Shown: one piece after another, positions 1-9,536 of the stretch
Numbering within the stretch: the stretch's first letter is position 1
Layout of the letters: each line of letters begins with the position of its first letter
Virus record (IMG/VR): IMGVR_UViG_3300034061_000103
Span: 1-27,288 of that record
Origin: a virus
Lineage: Duplodnaviria; Caudoviricetes
Length of the DNA: 27,288 nucleotides
Reading direction: 5' to 3' (one strand)
Translations under genes and position numbers: made by a program
Notes under the pieces: generated by a model
What the model was told of the DNA's origin: nothing
What the model saw: only the letters and a program-made list of their open reading frames with translations
The model's database searches: none

Positions 1-178
1 CCTTTTCGTCGGTACTCGCATTGTCTAAACGTAAAATCTCAACTTCGGCTTGGTATGCTTCGTGATGTGGTTTTACTTTGTTGTAAATCTGCACTAACTT
101 TTTTTGTGTCTTTGTTTCAGAGTTACCGATAACGACATTAATGCTGCTTACTAATTGTAATAGTTGTTTGTATTTCAT
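1..178 (-). CDS. Hypothetical protein, runs off the window edge (MKYKQLLQLVSSINVVIGNSETKTQKKLVQIYNKVKPHHEAYQAEVEILRLDNASTDEK...)
   Basis: Read manually: ATG at 178 after an A-rich leader, open frame to position 2; not in the ORF track. Confidence 0.7.
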   Translation of the reverse strand, partial: MKYKQLLQLVSSINVVIGNSETKTQKKLVQIYNKVKPHHEAYQAEVEILRLDNASTDEK

Positions 179-205
179 ACGTTGTTTTTTATTTGTAAAG
201 ATATA

Positions 206-544
206 TTAAGGATTTTGAAACGGCAAAGGCAAACTTACAATCTTAGGATTGATTTGGTCTGCAATCTGGCTATCTAAATTCTCGTCTAAAGATACTTGGT
301 CAAGTCCTGCTTCTAACCAAGCGCATACCATTTCGTAGGTAACTTGGTCATAAGGTACGAAGTCCGCAGGGTCAGGAGACGGAACGCTTAAAGTACCATA
401 AACTTCTGCGAAGTATGTCTTTTCGTTTTCTACTTGCTCCGCTTGGTATCTCCAATGTATTACGCAAATAACATCTGTTAAACCTTCTGCATCTTTAGGG
501 TAACTGTCTAAAGAACTAACTACCCATTTGTAAGTTGTTGCCAT
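206..544 (-). CDS. Small acidic tail-fibre-associated protein (possible fibre assembly or accessory protein)
   Basis: 112 aa directly after the fibre gene; pattern TYKW...VICVIHWRY...DFVPYDQVT..MVCAWL...LPLPF resembles small proteins that follow fibre genes in aquatic phages. Confidence 0.55.
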   Translation of the reverse strand: MATTYKWVVSSLDSYPKDAEGLTDVICVIHWRYQAEQVENEKTYFAEVYGTLSVPSPDPADFVPYDQVTYEMVCAWLEAGLDQVSLDENLDSQIADQINPKIVSLPLPFQNP

Positions 545-3500
545 TTATTTATTTTTTAATTGTTCAATTTGTGTTTGTTGTTCTTGAATTGCTTTTACAA
601 GTACAGGTATTATTTTAGTATAATCTAACCAATATTGAGATTGTTTTTTATCTTCATTAGGAGTATGTTGTAAAATATGATATTGATTTTCTTTTACCCC
701 TAATTCATTTAAAGATTTCTCTAATTCTTGAGCAATAAATCCTGTACTTAATGCAGTATTTTCATCATCTATTTTATGATTATATGATACAGGTCTCAAT
801 TTGTTAATAAGATTTAACCCTAAATCAAGATTATTAATATTCTTTTTAAAGTTTAAATCAGAAGGCAACGAATTTGCATTTGTAGAAATAGAACCTACTA
901 AAGTTCCATCTTTATAAAATGTAATAATAGTTCCGTCTGTAGAAAGTCTTTGAGCCGTAATTGAATTTAAACTTGTTGCTTTAAATATAGATTGACCAAC
1001 AGAAGCTAATTTATATCCATCATCAGTTGTAGTACCCACAAGCAAGTTCCCCCCACTTGTTATGCGCATACGTTCTGTAGCGCCACTTGTTGTAGCAAAT
1101 ATTAAAGCAGCATTAGAACCAATGTTCATATTAGTTCCGTCATTATACGCATAACCAATAGCAGTAGTTCCACTATTCCAAGTTATTTGTCCAAGTGTAG
1201 ATGTAGCGCCACCAACTGTAAGAGTTGCATAGCCGCCTGTATTTGTTGGAGCGGTAGTACCTATACCTACGTTACCGCCCGAGGTCATTGTCATTATATT
1301 AGAACCGCCATATACATTGAATTGTAAGTTAGCTGCTCCTGATGGTGTTTGTAAAGAAAAGTATCTTACATTATCATCTCCTATTAAAAACTCTTGCGCT
1401 GCACTTCCGCTTGATAGCATCATTGAACTTGTAACGTGTAGTTTTCTTTGTGGCGATGTAGTACCTATCCCCAATCTCCCACTCGCATCTAACGTCATAG
1501 CTTGGGTAAAGGATATAGCGTTACCTGCCGTTCCTGAAGGAGCGGTTTTAAATAAAAAACTTCCGCTATTATTTATTTCTAATTGATTAGAAAACCCATT
1601 TTGAATGTAAGCATAAGCAGTACCATTATAAAATGAATTTCCTGCAATTACTTGAACAATATCATTAACCGCAGATATAGAAGTATTTTTAATTTGTAAC
1701 GCAGTAAATATACTTCCCCACGCACTCGGTGTAACTCCTAATCCTAAATTGCCTGAAGCGTCAAGAGTTGCTCTTGTTACAGAATTCGTAAGAAACTTTA
1801 GTACACTTGAAGCACCAACCGCATCTATTCTTAATTCATTTGCAAGGCTATAAATTTCCCCATATAAAGTATTGCCAGTTTTTAAATCTATTACAGAACC
1901 ATTTGTTCCGTTAATAGTTAAAGTGGTTAAATTAGTATAGCTTGAAGGTGATGCAGTATTTATACCAACATTTGTTCCATTTTCAAATATTGCACTATTA
2001 CCTATTGTACTTGCACCTGTAAACTTAGGTAGGTAGTTAGTAGTACCTGTACCCGTTACTGGATTAGTTAAAGCGTTTTGTTTGTTGTTAAACGTAGTCC
2101 AATCGGTGCTTGATAATAAACCTTGTTGTGAACCACTTGCAGTAGCAATAGCTAAAGTAATAGTTCCACTTGTTGTAATAGGTGTTGAGCCAATAGTTAC
2201 TCCGCTTGTTGCAGAAGATAATCCTACCGATGTTACCGAACCCGTGCCGTATGATGTGCTATCTACACTACCATCGGCTTTTAAAAATTGTGCAGATGTA
2301 CCGCCCGACTTAACTAAAGTAGTTGCGTTTAAAGTGCCTATGATTGTCGCAGCGTTACCCGAACCGCTTGTCTTGTTTATGTATAAGCCTTCGCCACTAC
2401 CACCCTTTGTAATATTTAAAGCAATACCACTACCGCTTGAATGTGTTACGCCAACAGTATCGCCACTACCAGAACTTGAAAAAGTACCTTTAGCAGCAAT
2501 TAAAGTATGCGTTCCTAAATCTACGTTAGCCGTTGCGCCCGTGTAAGGAACGTAACCCGTTACACTTGGTATTTGAGAAGTAAGTGCTAAAGTTCCCGTT
2601 GCACTTGGTAGCGTGTATGTATTTGTTCCGTCCGTAATAGTTGATTCTAATCTAAGCTGACCTGTAAACCTGCCCGTTCCCGTTACGTCTAACTTATATG
2701 TATTGTTAGTATTGTTAATTGATACGTTACCAGAAGTATTTACCCTCATTTTTTCTGTACTACTTGTACCAATAATAGTAGCACCCGTTTGTGATATAAT
2801 AACAAAGTCCCCTGCTACACCTGCCGAAACAAACTGCCCGTTAGTAGTTACAAGACCGAACTTAGCTTGGTATATAGAACCCGTTACCGCTTCGCCCATT
2901 GATACGCTTGGAGCATTACCGCTTAAACGTAAATGATTATCAGCAGTAGTATTATAAATCTCAATAGACCTTTGGGGCGTTGTAGTTCCAATACCTAAAC
3001 GATTATTTGTAGCGTCCCAAAAAAAGTTATTAGTTCCCGTTACGCTATTCGCTCCGTTAAAAAATGTTACTTGCCCACTTGCACCCGAACCCGAAATTAA
3101 AGAAGTAGGGAACGTTTCTAAAGTACCATTGCCACGAATATACTGAGCCGTTGTTCCGTTAAAAGTTAAACCTAAAGTTCCGCTTGTAGTTAAAGGACTA
3201 CCAGATACGCTTATCGCATCGCCACCAACTGTTAAAGCTACGCTTGTAACTGTACCCACCGCACCACTTGAACGCTGCCAAATAGTTCCGCTATAAATTA
3301 CATAATCGCCAACCGCAAAAGTAATAGGACCAGCGCCAAAGTTTACAGTTCCTGCTACATTACAAATATAAACGTCTCCCGTGTCTCCCGTTCCGTTTGC
3401 AAGTGTAGGGGTGTTAGTCGCTGCGTTCCAAGTTCCTTTGTATTCCATAATAGAACTCGGTAACTGACTAATAGGAACTTTACCGCCACTATCCAAAGAA

Positions 3501-3823
3501 GCATAACCATTACTTACACCCTTTTCACTTCTTAATTGATAAGTATCTAAAAGTGCTTGTGAAGGGAATACCTCAGTGTAAGCACTGCCACTCCATAAGT
3601 ATAGTTTCTGCGTGTCTTTAGCGCAATATATAACATTAATATCGCCCGTTGCAGGGAACGATGCAAGGTTAGTATAAAACGAAACTGCACCGCTAAATAT
3701 CGCTCCTAATTGTGCAAGTGTAATCTTCTTACTTACTCCACTAATCGGGTCGCCTATAATAGTTAAATCGGTACTAACTGGTGCTAACTCGGTAGCTAAT
3801 TGGTTAATTTTTTTGCCTATCAT
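545..3823 (-). CDS. Tail fibre / receptor-binding protein with C-terminal intramolecular chaperone (peptidase S74) domain
   Basis: 1092 aa, G/T/S-rich, repeated G(N/R)(V/L)GIGTT.P motifs; C-terminal SDLNFKKNI...LRPVSY...GFIAQELE...LVKAIQEQQ coiled coil typical of S74 autocleaving chaperones. Confidence 0.88.
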   Translation of the reverse strand: MIGKKINQLATELAPVSTDLTIIGDPISGVSKKITLAQLGAIFSGAVSFYTNLASFPATGDINVIYCAKDTQKLYLWSGSAYTEVFPSQALLDTYQLRSEKGVSNGYASLDSGGKVPISQLPSSIMEYKGTWNAATNTPTLANGTGDTGDVYICNVAGTVNFGAGPITFAVGDYVIYSGTIWQRSSGAVGTVTSVALTVGGDAISVSGSPLTTSGTLGLTFNGTTAQYIRGNGTLETFPTSLISGSGASGQVTFFNGANSVTGTNNFFWDATNNRLGIGTTTPQRSIEIYNTTADNHLRLSGNAPSVSMGEAVTGSIYQAKFGLVTTNGQFVSAGVAGDFVIISQTGATIIGTSSTEKMRVNTSGNVSINNTNNTYKLDVTGTGRFTGQLRLESTITDGTNTYTLPSATGTLALTSQIPSVTGYVPYTGATANVDLGTHTLIAAKGTFSSSGSGDTVGVTHSSGSGIALNITKGGSGEGLYINKTSGSGNAATIIGTLNATTLVKSGGTSAQFLKADGSVDSTSYGTGSVTSVGLSSATSGVTIGSTPITTSGTITLAIATASGSQQGLLSSTDWTTFNNKQNALTNPVTGTGTTNYLPKFTGASTIGNSAIFENGTNVGINTASPSSYTNLTTLTINGTNGSVIDLKTGNTLYGEIYSLANELRIDAVGASSVLKFLTNSVTRATLDASGNLGLGVTPSAWGSIFTALQIKNTSISAVNDIVQVIAGNSFYNGTAYAYIQNGFSNQLEINNSGSFLFKTAPSGTAGNAISFTQAMTLDASGRLGIGTTSPQRKLHVTSSMMLSSGSAAQEFLIGDDNVRYFSLQTPSGAANLQFNVYGGSNIMTMTSGGNVGIGTTAPTNTGGYATLTVGGATSTLGQITWNSGTTAIGYAYNDGTNMNIGSNAALIFATTSGATERMRITSGGNLLVGTTTDDGYKLASVGQSIFKATSLNSITAQRLSTDGTIITFYKDGTLVGSISTNANSLPSDLNFKKNINNLDLGLNLINKLRPVSYNHKIDDENTALSTGFIAQELEKSLNELGVKENQYHILQHTPNEDKKQSQYWLDYTKIIPVLVKAIQEQQTQIEQLKNK

Positions 3824-4269
3824 TCTGTATAATTATAGATGCTCGGAACTTGGCATCTGTCATTTAAGTAAGGTAATTCCATTGTAATATCAATCTTAAC
3901 TCCTGCAAGATAATCGGGGTCGCTTTCAGTAAAGTAAGTCAAAGGTGCAGTATCGCCAATATCCCAAATAGCTTTAGGGTAACGTAACTGCGCAACTATG
4001 TCTTGACCTACTAAAGTCATATCACTAAGTACTTCGGTTTCGTTTGTCTCTTCCATTAACATTCTGTCCATAAAATAAAGGCTAAAATTATAAGTAATAT
4101 TTTTAGCGTTTATAGTTGCACCTGTTAAAGTGTAGAACATAGCAGGGTAAGTAACCTCGCCATTAGACAAACGTTCCCACACATCACCGAAGTAAACAAA
4201 GTTAATTTGTTCGTGGTCGTTTCCGAGTGTTGTTATCTGCTTTGTGATTTGGTTTAGGCTCAGGCTCAT
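3820..4269 (-). CDS. Putative tail terminator / head-tail joining protein
   Basis: 149 aa acidic protein in the virion module after the adaptor-like gene; size and YPAMF...YNFSLYFMD pattern fit; function inferred from context. Confidence 0.5.
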   Translation of the reverse strand: MSLSLNQITKQITTLGNDHEQINFVYFGDVWERLSNGEVTYPAMFYTLTGATINAKNITYNFSLYFMDRMLMEETNETEVLSDMTLVGQDIVAQLRYPKAIWDIGDTAPLTYFTESDPDYLAGVKIDITMELPYLNDRCQVPSIYNYTE

Positions 4270-4333
4270 TCTTAATTTTTTCTAAATAAACACGCAGTTT
4301 ATTTTGGTTTTTTATTGTTGTTACTTTACTCAT
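4202..4333 (-). CDS. Small basic hypothetical protein (MSKVTTIKNQNKLRVYLEKIKNEPEPKPNHKADNNTRKRPRTN)
   Basis: 43-aa ORF read manually; starts 2 nt after the upstream stop, fills the 4270-4335 gap and overlaps the next gene. Confidence 0.45.
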   Translation of the reverse strand: MSKVTTIKNQNKLRVYLEKIKNEPEPKPNHKADNNTRKRPRTN

Positions 4334-4335
4334 AA

Positions 4336-4917
4336 TTAGCAATCACTACAACCTCTATTCCCTTGATATAATTCCTCGAAACTTTTACCTGCGCAGCAAT
4401 CAAAATCTCCTAACCAAATGCTCGTTGTATAAGCATCATTCTCAGGGTGTATTGCATCAATGCCACTACCAGGGTTCAAGTACTCAGGGTAAAGTGTAGA
4501 ATATTCTTTTAGGTATTTAATCATTCTTTGCTTGTAGAACTCCGCTCTTGCTTTGTATCTATTCGCCACATCAATCATATCTTGCATAGAAGGGTTCTCG
4601 GTATTCTCGCCGCCTTTTCTTAACAAGCCTTTGTTATAGAATTGATAAGACAATCCCATTGGCAACTCACTAAGTACATAATGCACTAAAGTATCTGCTA
4701 TGTATTGGTCTAATAAAATAACCTCATTAGCATTTAAGTTGTTAGCCGTAATACCTGCTTGTAGTCGATTGTATAAAGCACTACCAAGCGCAGGTAAGAT
4801 ATACATATCTTGAGCCGTTTTAATCTCAGGTAATACAAGTTTCTCGTCTACGTTTGCGTGTAACCCAGACCTGTCTTTAATATTCTGTACGCTTATGAAT
4901 AATGTGTTTAAGCTCAT
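4336..4917 (-). CDS. Putative head-tail adaptor / connector protein
   Basis: 193 aa immediately downstream of the portal; helical protein with IKTAQDMYILPALGSALYNRL motif recalled from Bacteroidota phage virion modules. Confidence 0.55.
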   Translation of the reverse strand: MSLNTLFISVQNIKDRSGLHANVDEKLVLPEIKTAQDMYILPALGSALYNRLQAGITANNLNANEVILLDQYIADTLVHYVLSELPMGLSYQFYNKGLLRKGGENTENPSMQDMIDVANRYKARAEFYKQRMIKYLKEYSTLYPEYLNPGSGIDAIHPENDAYTTSIWLGDFDCCAGKSFEELYQGNRGCSDC

Positions 4918-4920
4918 TTC

Positions 4921-6897
4921 TTATTTTCTTTTAACTATGTTTGAACGCCACTCGTGTCTGCAACTTGGAGAATGTGTATTTGTTCCTGGCTTAGTGTACC
5001 AACCGCCTCGCCTATCCCATACAGAATAGCCAAGCCTTGCACTCATTTGCTCAATATCGCTACGAGTATAAAACTTATTAGCAGTTACTAAGTATTTGCA
5101 AAAAGGTCTGCTTGTATCTAAATCGCTATCATTAAAACCTGCTTTCCACTCGTAAGTGTAACGAATTAAAATCTGCGTAGTTTGTGGCTTAATAGCTTCA
5201 ACAATTTTACCAATAGGCGCAGTAAGTTCCCTTTCAATAATGATATTACTATCAATGCCTTTGCCTTGCTTTACTTCGCTTGTTTTAATAAACCCCTTTT
5301 CAATTAAAGTATCAATAACACGCTTAACCGCTCCTATGTCTTCTTTTAAAGTGTCAGCAATTACCTCAGGGGTAATACGCTTATCCTTAACAATTAAGTC
5401 CAAGATATTGCTTTGTAACTGAGTTACATCTGCAAACATTTCAAAGTCAGCATCGTCGCTAAATCTTGTCTTGCTTTTTATAACCTCATAATTACTTCTG
5501 TCTTCTCCAAACTCAAAGAAAACTTGAAAATCTTGTTCGCTAAATTCTAAATCTTCAGCACCTAACCAAGTAGCAACCTCTTCGTCGCTTAAAGCATAAC
5601 CGCCTTTTAGCATTGAACTTGCTTGTTCCCTTGTTATCTTACCCTTGTTAAAATCACGAATAATGCGCTGCATATTTTGCCATTCGCGACCTTTCAATCC
5701 TTTAATATGCTCGTTCACACTTAAAGGACTTGCTGCCATTGGTTGCTCAGTTTCAGTAGGCAATCCGTATTTAGTAGGGTCAATACCTAACTTTTCTAAT
5801 ATCCATTCTTTAGGTGCTACTTCTTTAATCACGCTTTCGCTAAAGTCAATACCAATAGGGTCTACTGGTTGAAGTTTTAATTCCTCAGTTACCCCTGCAT
5901 ATTGACCAAGCATATTAAACACACCTTCAATCTGCATTTGCTTGTAGCGTACATAAGTGTTGTTAAATATCTCGTAGCTATCACGCATTTGTTGTCTGTT
6001 ACCTAATTGACCAGGCACGGCAATACCGAACAAGTCAGGACTTGTAATTTGATGTCCAGAAAATATGTTGGTCTGAATTAACTCGTCTACTCTACTAAAA
6101 TCTTCTTTAGTTAAATCACTCGCACCCAAATCGTCTACAATAGGCTTTCTTGCTGCATCATTTACAAACGCAAGTAAATACTTTTTGCCGTCTGCACCCG
6201 TATACATATTATCGAATTGTCTGCTAACAAGTCGCTTCTCCTCAGGACTTGGCTCTCCGTTTGGTAAGGTAATAAGTTTACTGGCAGAAAACCCTGTCTG
6301 TGCATTTCCTAAAACGTGTTTACTAACTTCAACATCACTTTCAATGTAATTAAGCGCACCGAAATAACCAGGAAGGCTATAAACATTCATTCCAGGTCTG
6401 TACTCTTTAACATAAAGTATCTGCACACCTTGAGGGTTAGCAGGGTTGAAGGCATTGTATATCTCAGCTTTTTCTTGGTTGCGTGTAGCTTTCCAATCTT
6501 CTTTGTACCAAAACTGCGTGTTGTCTTTGTTGGTTCTAATCTTTGTATAATCACAATGCCACAACTCAGCAACCTGTCCACCCATTACTGACCAAATAAC
6601 TTGTATATAAGCACCACCAAATAGTTCTAAATCTAAAGCAACCTTTTTAGTTAAGTCGTTAAGGGTTTCCTCTCTATTAACCTTCTTAATCATATCTTGC
6701 TCACCTGCCCAACCATTACCGACAATGTAGTTAACCTTGCCACGAATGATAGCATTATGCTTTGCAGATTTGTTAAATAGGTCTAATAGGTATTGCGGAT
6801 AGTCATTGTTTTGACCATACTGCATATAGCCTTCGCCTTTTTTCTCTTTATATTCTGGTTGCTTTGCTTCCGCAAATGTCAATACTTGTATTTCCAT
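4921..6897 (-). CDS. Portal protein with C-terminal extension (HTH-like segment and Cys-containing domain)
   Basis: 658 aa; N-terminal YGQNNDYPQYLLDLFNKSAKHNAII..KVNYIVGNG and HQITSPDLFGI motifs typical of Bacteroidota siphophage portals. Confidence 0.85.
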   Translation of the reverse strand: MEIQVLTFAEAKQPEYKEKKGEGYMQYGQNNDYPQYLLDLFNKSAKHNAIIRGKVNYIVGNGWAGEQDMIKKVNREETLNDLTKKVALDLELFGGAYIQVIWSVMGGQVAELWHCDYTKIRTNKDNTQFWYKEDWKATRNQEKAEIYNAFNPANPQGVQILYVKEYRPGMNVYSLPGYFGALNYIESDVEVSKHVLGNAQTGFSASKLITLPNGEPSPEEKRLVSRQFDNMYTGADGKKYLLAFVNDAARKPIVDDLGASDLTKEDFSRVDELIQTNIFSGHQITSPDLFGIAVPGQLGNRQQMRDSYEIFNNTYVRYKQMQIEGVFNMLGQYAGVTEELKLQPVDPIGIDFSESVIKEVAPKEWILEKLGIDPTKYGLPTETEQPMAASPLSVNEHIKGLKGREWQNMQRIIRDFNKGKITREQASSMLKGGYALSDEEVATWLGAEDLEFSEQDFQVFFEFGEDRSNYEVIKSKTRFSDDADFEMFADVTQLQSNILDLIVKDKRITPEVIADTLKEDIGAVKRVIDTLIEKGFIKTSEVKQGKGIDSNIIIERELTAPIGKIVEAIKPQTTQILIRYTYEWKAGFNDSDLDTSRPFCKYLVTANKFYTRSDIEQMSARLGYSVWDRRGGWYTKPGTNTHSPSCRHEWRSNIVKRK

Positions 6898-7271
6898 TAT
6901 TGTCTAATTGTGAATGTGCTTGTTGTTTCGTATTCGGTAAATGATATAGTTGTACCCTCGAGTTCCATAATGCCGCTTTCAAGCAGGTTTAAGCCTGTCG
7001 GGTTTGTGTTGGTAGTACTTGTTTGCTCGTAAATTGTATAAGTGTATTGCCCGTTTAAAGCCGTATTAAAGAAGCTATTAACTACAATAGTGAACTCGTT
7101 GTACCTTTCCTTATATGCGCTTATGTCTGTATTGTTAAGCCTTACAAATTTGATTTCCGTATTTGTACTTCTATTCTCAAAAACAAATAGATAGTTAGGA
7201 CTTGTCAAAAGCTGCTTCTCAGTCAAGGTAAGTATTATGTTTTGGGTTTGCCCCTTTATTAATCTTATCAC
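6897..7271 (-). CDS. Virion structural protein, possible head completion protein; likely start GTG at 7271 (MIRLIKGQTQNIILTLTEK...)
   Basis: The ORF-track start at 7325 lies inside a terminator hairpin; the in-frame GTG at 7271 follows the recurrent TATATTTA motif. Confidence 0.6.
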   Translation of the reverse strand: MIRLIKGQTQNIILTLTEKQLLTSPNYLFVFENRSTNTEIKFVRLNNTDISAYKERYNEFTIVVNSFFNTALNGQYTYTIYEQTSTTNTNPTGLNLLESGIMELEGTTISFTEYETTSTFTIRQ

Positions 7272-7308
7272 AACTATAAATATAAAGTAATGCGATTGTT
7301 TGCAAAAT

Positions 7309-7339
7309 AAAAAACCCCCGAACAATTAAGTCCGAGGGC
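7309..7339 (-). terminator. Intrinsic terminator after the putative tail tube gene
   Basis: Minus strand GCCCTCGGAC-TTAATT-GTTCGGGGGT hairpin followed by a T run. Confidence 0.8.
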
Positions 7340-7363
7340 ATCTATATACAAAACCAAAACAAC

Positions 7364-7885
7364 CTAAGAACCTGGAGTTGTTAAAGCTGCTGCTACACCT
7401 GATGCAACCGCAGGAGCCATAGCAGCTTCTGCACCTGTAAAAGTTAAAGTGTAACCGCTTCTGTCTCCCTCAGCCGTACCTGTACCTGAGTTACCTGCAG
7501 TAAGGTCTAAGCCTCTTGTTTTACCTAAGTACCAGAATAAGCCATTGTTATCTTTGGCAACTGCTACTAAAGTGTTTTGAGCCAATAACAAGATTTCGTT
7601 TCTTGTATTAGCTTGTAATTTGTTTAATACGATAGTTAATTCTGGAGCATAGAAAACAGTTCCGTTTTGTACGTTTGCATTGATATTCTCAACGATTTGA
7701 GAAGTACCTTTTACAAGTTCGTACTTGTAGAACTTTTTACCTGCTGCCTTAACAAGTGCGGTAATAACACCACTTGCTTCGGTAGTTGAGGTAACGTCTG
7801 CTGCTGCTGCAAAATAAACTTCGGTTATACCACCTAAACTGTCTTTACAATCTAAGGTATAATTTTGAGTTAAAGCGCAAGGCAT
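7364..7885 (-). CDS. Putative major tail (tube) protein
   Basis: 173 aa, Ala/Thr/Gly-rich, right after the major capsid gene, with its own terminator; CKDSLGGITEVYF and GTAEGDRSGYTLTFTG motifs recalled from this phage group. Confidence 0.6.
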   Translation of the reverse strand: MPCALTQNYTLDCKDSLGGITEVYFAAAADVTSTTEASGVITALVKAAGKKFYKYELVKGTSQIVENINANVQNGTVFYAPELTIVLNKLQANTRNEILLLAQNTLVAVAKDNNGLFWYLGKTRGLDLTAGNSGTGTAEGDRSGYTLTFTGAEAAMAPAVASGVAAALTTPGS

Positions 7886-7906
7886 ATTTTAAAAATTAAT
7901 TAGTTT

Positions 7907-7937
7907 AAAAAATGGGTAGGTGTATTTCAACCTACCC
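7907..7937 (-). terminator. Intrinsic terminator after the major capsid gene
   Basis: Minus strand GGGTAGGT-TGAAATAC-ACCTACCC perfect 8-bp stem followed by ATTTTTT. Confidence 0.8.
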
Positions 7938-7943
7938 GATAAA

Positions 7944-8897
7944 TTATGCAAGGATAAATCTAACTGCTTCGTCAGGGAATGCAATATTCACACCCATCTT
8001 AAACTCAGATACGAAACGTACTTGGTCAGCTTCTTTAGCGTAGAAAATTTCAAACTTCTCTTCCTCGTTCAATAAGTCAGTACCTAAGAACAAGTTAGAT
8101 AAACGCATAGCGTAAACTTTGTTAGTTCCGTTAAGACCTGCAACTGCTACAACTTTGATTGTAGTACCAGGAAGTACGAATTCGCTATCAGCTTTAACAT
8201 CAATTTGGTAATTGAAAGAACCGCTATTCTTAAGAGCAATAGTATAAGTACGGAATAAATCTTGACCACAGAAGATAGTCATATCATCAGCAGCTACAAC
8301 TTTAGCAGGGATTGCTTTGTAAACACCATCAAAGATAGAGATTACGTTAGCATCAGTGATAGAGCTTAAAGGAGCACCTGAAATAAAAGTAGAAGCGTTT
8401 GCAGCAACAACACCTGAAGCAGCACCGATTAACTTAACAAGACCATCGAACTTGTTTAAGTTTACGTTTACACTTGAAGTGTCGCCTTGCCATAAAGCAG
8501 TTTCTAATTGAGCAGCGATTGTCTTAGCTTTCTTTTCAGAATACTCTTGCTCAAAAGGAATACTGTCATACATAGAACCAGTAGGTAAAGCTTTTTGTAA
8601 ATACTTAGCTTCAAGGTCTTTAGGACAAAGAGCTTCGTTTACTTTAATTTTACCTGGAGTTACAGTACGTTGAGTAAAGGTAGTAGAACCAGAAGCATTA
8701 AAGCCACAAGAAGCACCATCTTGGAAGATAGCGTCAGTTTCCATAATGTTGATTTTTTCGCTTGACTTTACGCCAACCATAACGTTACCTGCGCTCTTAA
8801 TAAGAGAAGCAGTTTTTGCACCCAATACAGATGAAGTTACAAGTAGAGCTTCGTTTTCTTTTGTATAGTTTGCTAATGCAGATACATCAAATCCCAT
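7944..8897 (-). CDS. Major capsid protein
   Basis: 317 aa after protease and scaffold; IAAQLETALWQGD...FDGLVKLI resembles the HK97-fold backbone helix region; followed by a terminator. Confidence 0.85.
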   Translation of the reverse strand: MGFDVSALANYTKENEALLVTSSVLGAKTASLIKSAGNVMVGVKSSEKINIMETDAIFQDGASCGFNASGSTTFTQRTVTPGKIKVNEALCPKDLEAKYLQKALPTGSMYDSIPFEQEYSEKKAKTIAAQLETALWQGDTSSVNVNLNKFDGLVKLIGAASGVVAANASTFISGAPLSSITDANVISIFDGVYKAIPAKVVAADDMTIFCGQDLFRTYTIALKNSGSFNYQIDVKADSEFVLPGTTIKVVAVAGLNGTNKVYAMRLSNLFLGTDLLNEEEKFEIFYAKEADQVRFVSEFKMGVNIAFPDEAVRFILA

Positions 8898-8909
8898 TTT
8901 ATTTTATTT

Positions 8910-9500
8910 TTATTTGTTTAATAAAGCGTTTCTAAATTTCTCAATTCTATCGTACTTCATATTATGAGTAGTTACGTTAGAACCAAAGTTGTTTCTTGGT
9001 TGCGCAATAGGTTCAGCGTTAGGTGTCTTAGTAAGTGCTTCTATTAATTCAGCTACTTGACTAAAGCCATTCTTAACTTTTGATTCTAATTGTGCTACTT
9101 GTGTTTTAAGTGATTGATTTTCGCTAACTAAAGCAGCGATTTCGTCAGCCATTTTCTCATCATACTTTTTACCTAATTCTGCAGGGTTTTCTTCAGCTTC
9201 TTTAGCTTCTGCTTCTGGTGTTTCAATAGATAAGATTTTAGCGGCTTCGTCTAAAACAATTTTAGTGCCGTCTGCTAATTGGTGTTCGCCAACAGGAGCA
9301 GGACTTCCGTCTGCTAAAGTAACTTCGCCACCGATAGCTAATTCGCTAATCATAACCTTCGTTCCGTCCATAAGGCTATATTCCGCGAATGTAACAGGTA
9401 CTTCTTCGATAGGTGCTTCAATAGGAGCCGGAGCCTCTACTTGTGGCATATCTTCGAATAAAGCCCTAATTTGCATAATTGCATCTTTTGCGTTCATCAT
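8910..9500 (-). CDS. Capsid scaffolding protein
   Basis: 196 aa, acidic, APVGEHQLADGT motif, coiled-coil C-terminal half; lies between protease and capsid. Confidence 0.7.
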   Translation of the reverse strand: MMNAKDAIMQIRALFEDMPQVEAPAPIEAPIEEVPVTFAEYSLMDGTKVMISELAIGGEVTLADGSPAPVGEHQLADGTKIVLDEAAKILSIETPEAEAKEAEENPAELGKKYDEKMADEIAALVSENQSLKTQVAQLESKVKNGFSQVAELIEALTKTPNAEPIAQPRNNFGSNVTTHNMKYDRIEKFRNALLNK

Positions 9501-9536
9501 TCTTTTTGTTTAAATATTAATAAAAGATTTTGTTTA

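Noticed and set aside
7272-7325. N-terminal extension MFGGFLFCKQ... of ORF 6897..7325
   Set aside because: It runs through a terminator hairpin and the upstream motif; GTG at 7271 is the more plausible start.
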